NCBI GenBank assembly: GCA_043805415.1 | Contig: JAZDHZ010000039.1 | Location: 14,554 to 78,553 of the forward strand | Direction of reading: 5' to 3' | From: Candidatus Omnitrophota bacterium | GTDB lineage: Bacteria; Omnitrophota; Gorgyraeia; B26-G9 | Length of the DNA stretch: 64,000 bases | Part shown: piece by piece, positions 58,798 through 64,000 of the stretch | How the letters are laid out: each line of letters starts with the position of its first letter | Position numbering within the stretch: position 1 is the stretch's first letter | The notes under the pieces: generated by a model | Told to the model about the DNA's origin: nothing | Databases searched by the model: none | Seen by the model: only the letters and a program-made list of their open reading frames with translations | Translations under genes and position numbers: made by a program

Positions 58798-58832
58798 CCC
58801 TAATAGCTTAAACATAGCGATTAGGGTTTTTT
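58798..58832 (+). terminator. rho-independent terminator (CCCTAAT-15 nt loop-ATTAGGG-T6)
   Basis: A perfect 7-bp stem is followed by TTTTTT. It lies ~220 nt downstream of the zinc-ribbon ORF. The upstream region carries GCGCAAA repeats and another hairpin (AGCCGA-agtaa-TCGGCT). Confidence 0.45.
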
Positions 58833-59082
58833 CCTATCCAGCAATATCAAAACAAAGGTGTTGATTGAAGCTAAAAAAATTAGCCCAAAGCATGATAATG
58901 TATTTTGAGAGCATAGAAGTAAGCAAAGAGGTGGTTTATCCGGACAAAGCTTTGGATAGCTTGGCTATTTATCCACTATTTATCCACAAAGCTAACCTTG
59001 CTCCAGAGCTGATCAAGCAGCCTGCTCAGCGAGCTTTTGATAAGATATTAGTTATTTAGTTTCTCGCGTGTGGTGATAGTTT

Positions 59083-61365
59083 CTATATCGCTGAATAAAT
59101 CGGATTAATCATGTCTTGCGGATCAAGTTTATGTTTATCAATGCCATGTCGAACCAAAGTATTTACTACTTGTTCAATGTTATGTTTGGTTGCGGGATCA
59201 TTGCTGTCATGCAGTTGTTGCTGTAATATATCAACAGCGCTTGGGTGATCTCTGCACATACTAAATACCCAATGCAGGATTGCTTTACGGATAACCGGCT
59301 CAGGATGCGATAAATATTTTAACAGCAAAGCAAAAATTTGATTAAAAGAATCACGGGCAGTGCGCTCCGCCATTGTGATTAAGGCTTCAACTCCGGCATA
59401 TTGTGCGTCCAGAGACGATCCCTGACTGATCAAATTTTCAAGTTCAGGCAGAAAAGACATGTCTCCCACATCAGCGACATTAAGCGCTGCGCCTATTTGC
59501 AGTTCAGGCACAGGCAGGCTTAGGTTAAGCAGCATGTTTTGCTTAAAGGCAGAATAAAATCCATTATCATCTTGTCCGTTGATGTATTCCAAGACAAAAT
59601 ATCCCATGCCGATAATACCGCCCAGCTTTGTTTCAGCTGTGTTTGGCTGCGCGGAAAAAATATTTACAGTTTGTTCGGTTAAGCGCTTGCTTAATATTTT
59701 GTTTGCCTGGTTCGTGATTGTTTGAGCGGGAGCGCCGCTGATTTGCGTGCCGACAAGCACTGTATTTTCAATAGGAAAAAAGTTGGATATTTCCCGGATG
59801 TACTCTGCGATATATTTGCCTATGGTTTTGTACAGCAGTTCAGCATCTTTTTTTTCTTCGGTATTTCCGCTTTCAAGCATTTGTTTAAAAACTTTTGGGA
59901 TAATATTTTCATCTTTAATATGATATTTCTCTACAAAGCCTAACTTCTTAGCAATATGAATAATGCCTTTAAAAGACATATAATTACCGGCTTTACCTTT
60001 GTAATAAGGATCAGTGCTGGTCTGATCAGCCATGTCGATAATGACTTTATTAAATTCTCCGAATATGCGGGGCGCTTTTCCGGAACCGTCTAAATACCCC
60101 GCGCACAAGGTTGTGCCAAAGCGCAGCAAGAGAAGGTTACGCGTATTGCTGGAAACAGCAAAAGCTTTAACTTGGCCATTGCCGTCATTTTCAACAAGGC
60201 AGGGCACATTGTTGAACTCTTTTGAAAAAATTCCGCGCAAATCTTTCCACATATCCAGGCTTTGATACGAGAAATCCCGAATCACGCCTAAAGGAATATC
60301 AACAGGATAGCCTTCTTTTGTTCTGGCGCCAATGGTTATGCCGATGCCGTCAGGCTGAATATTGTTTTCCAAGACTAGGCGTTTAGCCTGTTGGATAATC
60401 CGGTTTAATAATGTTTGAGCATCATTGCTTTCAGTTTTGTCCCAGGTCCAAATATCAAGGTGTTGGCCGATTAATTCAGGCTTAAGCGAAAAGTCTGAAA
60501 ATACTTTTACAATCCCGATTCTGACCTTTGTTTGCCCTATTTCAATGCCCAGCACATTGGCATGCGCCAAATTCCGGGGAGTTTTGTTAAAACTTTCCTG
60601 AACTTTATTAACCCCCTGAAAAAGCATGTCAACCTCACCGGCAGAGTTTGGGCCTAAAGCAAAAAAGGATGGCTGCTGCTGAAATATAGTCTGCATTTTT
60701 TTTGAACTTACGCGCGCGTTGGATTTGATATCTCCAGGAGACTCGCTGTATTGCGGGTCTTCGATTTGCCGGATATAGTTCGCGAATTCATTGCTGGATG
60801 AATCAATATTTAAACGGGTTAATCCCCAGGTCATCCTAAGATTATTGACAAAAGCACTGCAAAAATCAGCAACTGTTTGCAGCGCCTGATCAGATAATCC
60901 GTGAGGCAGATTAATTTTATAGAAATTTACTTTACCGTATTGTTCCTGCATATAAAGGATGGTGATGGAGTAGAATGTATTATTATCCCGCAGTTGGCTA
61001 AAAGCGCTGATCTCAGCGATTTCATTTCGCCAGCTGGAAATAAAAGGTTTATCGCGAAGCGACAATAAGCGGCTTTCCACTGTAGCAACCAGCGCGGGAT
61101 CAATCCTTTGCTTAGCGTCTTTTTGGTCTTGCGCTGAAATGGGCAGCCAGAAAAAATCCAGCGGTTTTTTTGCCGCGGCCCTGAATGTTGAGCGCAAAAC
61201 ATCATTGCGGATAAACAATTGAGGAGCAAGCACTGTGGAATCAACAGACAGGCTTATGGATTGGTATTGACAGGCAAAGCCCGGGGCAGGCATTATCAGA
61301 ACAATACACAAAAAGAATAGCGCGATTAAAAAATTTAATATTTTTACTGAGTTTTGCATAAACAT
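59083..61365 (-). CDS. large exported/anchored protein with a central actin-like (ROK/BadF-type ASKHA) ATPase domain and C-terminal HEAT repeats, function unknown
   Basis: The 760-aa protein has a hydrophobic N-terminal segment ('ILNFLIALFFLCIVLIMPAPGFA'). The mid region has 'LGIEIGQTKVRIGIV' (phosphate-1-like) and 'VENDGNGQVKAFA' (compare ROK 'ENDANAAALGE'). The C-terminus has HEAT-like 'HPEPVIRKAILHWVFSMCRDHPSAVDILQQQLHDSNDPATKHNIEQVVNTLVRHG'. Confidence 0.5.
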   Translation of the reverse strand: MFMQNSVKILNFLIALFFLCIVLIMPAPGFACQYQSISLSVDSTVLAPQLFIRNDVLRSTFRAAAKKPLDFFWLPISAQDQKDAKQRIDPALVATVESRLLSLRDKPFISSWRNEIAEISAFSQLRDNNTFYSITILYMQEQYGKVNFYKINLPHGLSDQALQTVADFCSAFVNNLRMTWGLTRLNIDSSSNEFANYIRQIEDPQYSESPGDIKSNARVSSKKMQTIFQQQPSFFALGPNSAGEVDMLFQGVNKVQESFNKTPRNLAHANVLGIEIGQTKVRIGIVKVFSDFSLKPELIGQHLDIWTWDKTESNDAQTLLNRIIQQAKRLVLENNIQPDGIGITIGARTKEGYPVDIPLGVIRDFSYQSLDMWKDLRGIFSKEFNNVPCLVENDGNGQVKAFAVSSNTRNLLLLRFGTTLCAGYLDGSGKAPRIFGEFNKVIIDMADQTSTDPYYKGKAGNYMSFKGIIHIAKKLGFVEKYHIKDENIIPKVFKQMLESGNTEEKKDAELLYKTIGKYIAEYIREISNFFPIENTVLVGTQISGAPAQTITNQANKILSKRLTEQTVNIFSAQPNTAETKLGGIIGMGYFVLEYINGQDDNGFYSAFKQNMLLNLSLPVPELQIGAALNVADVGDMSFLPELENLISQGSSLDAQYAGVEALITMAERTARDSFNQIFALLLKYLSHPEPVIRKAILHWVFSMCRDHPSAVDILQQQLHDSNDPATKHNIEQVVNTLVRHGIDKHKLDPQDMINPIYSAI

Positions 61366-61624
61366 AATTTTAAGGGTTAATAAAATTTATAAAACTTTAA
61401 AACATACCATAAAATCAATAATATTGCAAACTGGCTATATTGCTGATTGGCTCAGGCCCTAAGGCAGGCAGATTCTTCGCGCTAAGATAAGCCTTGAGTT
61501 AAAAATAGGGGATAATTAAAGTAAACTTTTGCAGGCAAAGCGATGAATTTTAAAGCCTTGATTTTTTACTTTATTACAGTTTTCTTTTTATGGTATAATC
61601 AGATTTCAAAAGGATTTACTGTTT

Positions 61625-62902
61625 ATGAAAAATCTTATTATAATTTATATTTGCCTGACAATCACTTGTTTCACAGCCAGGGGCTTTGCGTTTAGTGTTG
61701 ATTATGACGGTGACGGAGTTCCAGATGCTGTTGGGTCTTCGGGTAATGTGCCGATGCCGTCGGCACCGACGCGGGTTGATTATCCTTCAAACTCAAGTTC
61801 AAATTCAAACCGTTCAGCTGCTCCGGCGCAGTCTGTTCCCCGGGCACCTAAACCGCCTTCTACGGAACAAGTTATTTCTAATACCATAACCTTAGGGATC
61901 ATGGAGATGATGTTAAATGAAGTTTTTGCGCCTACGCCTACTGGCCCTTCACCTGAAGAGCTGCAGCGTATTGAAGCAGAAAGATTACGCGTGGAAGAAG
62001 AAAAACGTCAGCAATTTCTCCGCGGGAATAATCAGCTTACCGGAATGCTCAAAGGCGCAAGCTATACCACGGAAACTTCCGGCACCAGTCAAACCGGTGA
62101 ACTGAAATTAAAAACAATGCCGTCTGCTTCTGACGCAGCGCACCGGGATTTTTTCGGACAGCCGGCCGCGGAAGGAGCGAGTGTGCAGTTGCTGCGCAAT
62201 GCCGGTCCAACGGAAAATGATTTTAGCGAAATCCGGCAGCAGCAGAATCAGATGGATGAATTATTAGCTAAACCGCAATTAAGCTCAGCTGAGCAAGCAG
62301 AGTTAAATGCTTTGCAAGCAAAGCGCAACAACTTGTGGCAAAAAGCCGCCAGCAATCAGGATTTAACCCAGGAAGAAAGAGAACGTTTGCAGTTAAAAAT
62401 GCGGGTAGCGACGACCCAACTCGGCGATCATCCAATGGTTGATGCCCGCGCTTTGGTAGAGAAAGAACGCTGGACTGATCCTTATCTGGATGTGGCCATG
62501 GCCGCAGGCAAGGGCGGCGCGACCAGCTTAGGGGTGTCTGGCATAGAAGAAGGCGGCAAAATGTTTCTGGGTAAAGCTCCGGGTTTTGACGAGCTTTTAA
62601 CTGTGGGGAAATTAGGCGCGGAAACACCGAAGAACACAGCGGAAAAAACCATGGCTGTAATTGATTATGGACTGACCAAAGCGCCATCCTGGGCAATGCT
62701 TGCCGACGGAGCAGTTAATTCTGTGGGAGCTGGCACGCGTCAGGCGATTGTGCGTTATTGGGCAGACAAAGACAGCAGTCAGTATTATGATCCTACTCCA
62801 GTGCAAACCGCTAAAACTAAATGGAATGATTGGTGCTCGAATCAAAATGATTGGACCAGGGCAGCGCTTAACCGCGTGGGCGCCGGAGAATTTAATAAAT
62901 GA
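61625..62902 (+). CDS. secreted low-complexity/coiled-coil protein with an N-terminal DxDGDG Ca-binding-like motif, hypothetical
   Basis: It has a signal peptide, then 'VDYDGDGVPDAVG' (thrombospondin type-3/EF-like). Next come S/P/Q-rich linkers and Q/E-rich coiled coil. Confidence 0.5.
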   Translation: MKNLIIIYICLTITCFTARGFAFSVDYDGDGVPDAVGSSGNVPMPSAPTRVDYPSNSSSNSNRSAAPAQSVPRAPKPPSTEQVISNTITLGIMEMMLNEVFAPTPTGPSPEELQRIEAERLRVEEEKRQQFLRGNNQLTGMLKGASYTTETSGTSQTGELKLKTMPSASDAAHRDFFGQPAAEGASVQLLRNAGPTENDFSEIRQQQNQMDELLAKPQLSSAEQAELNALQAKRNNLWQKAASNQDLTQEERERLQLKMRVATTQLGDHPMVDARALVEKERWTDPYLDVAMAAGKGGATSLGVSGIEEGGKMFLGKAPGFDELLTVGKLGAETPKNTAEKTMAVIDYGLTKAPSWAMLADGAVNSVGAGTRQAIVRYWADKDSSQYYDPTPVQTAKTKWNDWCSNQNDWTRAALNRVGAGEFNK

Positions 62903-63792
62903 AAATAATCTGTTTAATATTTAGTTTTTTAATGATCATGCCCGCGGCTTGGGCTGATGAATTTGCTCTGCCTAAAAACCTGAGCATTGCTTTGCCTAAA
63001 GACGGATCAGTTAAGATTGAGTGGATTGCTCCGCCTTTAGCGGAAAACCAGGTGCAAAAAGCCAATCTTCAGCAGCAGCGGTTTCATTTGGACAGCCGCG
63101 GCGCGGCTTGGGTTTGTTATAATCAGAAATACCTGGCTGATTTTTCTTCAGGCCTGAGTTTTTCCCTGAAACAGCCGATTCAGGATTTTGTTTTTCTCAA
63201 AGATAATGCTTTGTTTTTGCTTACTGACAAAAGTTTAGTTACAGTTGCTCTGTTTAGCCAAGATAAGCTTAGCTATAAGCCAATCTTGGAATTATTGTTT
63301 CAGCCGGTATGCGGCTTGCCTTTAACTCAATGCGGTTTAATCGCTGATCCCTCAGGCAGGATGTTTATTTTTGGTTTTGACGCGAAAAACCGCCAATACG
63401 CTGTTTATCAATTACTTAAGGATTTTTCTTCTTGGCGCAAAATCTTTGTCTCTAATGAAAAAATATTTTGCGCGGCTGCCCAAACAGACGCGGTATATAT
63501 TGCTAGCGGCAGAATGATATTTAAGATTCCGCTGAAGGCCAAAGAAGCAGAAAAAATTATATTTTCCCATCCCCTGGAAACCATTCAGTCACTAGCGTAT
63601 ATTAGCGGAACAGGCTTGTTTTATGCTACTGCCAGCGGCATGGGCCTGGTCACTGAGCAAGGTGGTTTAGAGTTCATGAAAAGCCAGCAGCCGCAAACCG
63701 CGGCCTGGCAAGACCAGTTATATGTTTTTTTGCCAAACAGTTTAGGACTTTTGCGTTTAACTAATACAAATCAATTGACCAGCAAACAATAA
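62899..63792 (+). CDS. secreted hypothetical protein
   Basis: The 297-aa protein has a signal peptide 'MKIICLIFSFLMIMPAAWA'. It overlaps the upstream gene by 4 nt. Confidence 0.5.
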   Translation: MKIICLIFSFLMIMPAAWADEFALPKNLSIALPKDGSVKIEWIAPPLAENQVQKANLQQQRFHLDSRGAAWVCYNQKYLADFSSGLSFSLKQPIQDFVFLKDNALFLLTDKSLVTVALFSQDKLSYKPILELLFQPVCGLPLTQCGLIADPSGRMFIFGFDAKNRQYAVYQLLKDFSSWRKIFVSNEKIFCAAAQTDAVYIASGRMIFKIPLKAKEAEKIIFSHPLETIQSLAYISGTGLFYATASGMGLVTEQGGLEFMKSQQPQTAAWQDQLYVFLPNSLGLLRLTNTNQLTSKQ

Positions 63793-63811
63793 AATAAACA
63801 AAGGAGAGATA

Positions 63812-64000
63812 ATGCAGCAGAAGCGTTTTCAGGGATTATGGATATTGAGTTTACTGCCTTTTATATTGATCAGCTGCGCGACGGTAAGCGCGCCGATTTA
63901 TGACGCGACATGCGTTAATGATGCCGCAATGGTTCGCCAGCTGATTGCCCAGGGTTATAATGTTAATGCTACTGATCAGTTTTCGTATACTCCTTTGCAT
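63812..64000 (+). CDS. lipoprotein with ankyrin repeats (N-terminal fragment; continues beyond the window)
   Basis: There is a strong RBS AAGGAGAG. The lipobox-like signal is 'LLPFILISC'. 'DAAMVRQLIAQGYNVNATDQFSYTPLH' is a canonical ankyrin repeat start. Confidence 0.6.
   Translation, partial: MQQKRFQGLWILSLLPFILISCATVSAPIYDATCVNDAAMVRQLIAQGYNVNATDQFSYTPLH

Overview
This is a gene-dense, AT-rich window from a diderm (Gram-negative-type) bacterium. Wza-like, TolC-like and RND genes are present. The exact taxon cannot be assigned from sequence alone, but the style resembles uncultivated lineages that carry giant multidomain genes.

Layout, in order:
- (i) The 3' end of gyrA, followed by an archease-RtcB RNA-repair pair and serS.
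- (ii) A c-di-GMP signalling island: an HD-GYP protein plus a paralogous HEAT-repeat protein on the minus strand, and FIST, PAS-GGDEF-EAL and GGDEF-PilZ genes on the plus strand.
- (iii) A roughly 16.5 kb surface-polysaccharide locus (13.6-30.1 kb). It has three GT2 glycosyltransferases, two SAM methyltransferases, a B12-type radical SAM enzyme, a secreted clan GH-A glycosidase, a CE4-like deacetylase, a PglC-like priming transferase, a WbpB/WbpD/WbpE-like diacetamido-sugar trio and Wza/Wzz/Wzy/Wzx.
- (iv) tRNA-Ser(UGA) followed by a scarred junction. It holds a duplicated tRNA 3' end, two perfect 57-bp palindrome-rich direct repeats and a GIY-YIG gene frameshifted by a 20-bp tandem duplication.
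- (v) A 2449-aa single-ORF megaprotein. It fuses a signal/anchor, a B12-like radical SAM domain, a second SPASM/MoaA-like radical SAM domain, an NMNAT-like nucleotidyltransferase, two Nudix-fold domains and DUF362. A 1047-aa repetitive surface protein and an ABC-F ATPase follow.
- (vi) A complete F-type ATP synthase operon (a-c-b-delta-alpha-gamma-beta-epsilon). The alpha subunit carries a C-terminal PTS EIIA(Ntr)-like domain and epsilon is truncated to its beta-sandwich.
- (vii) An RND pump and an OMF gene with no adaptor gene, a large actin-like-ATPase/HEAT protein, and several secreted hypothetical proteins.

No CRISPR arrays, rRNA genes or intact mobile-element genes were seen. The most unusual items are the megaprotein, the atpA-EIIA fusion and the tRNA-proximal scar region.
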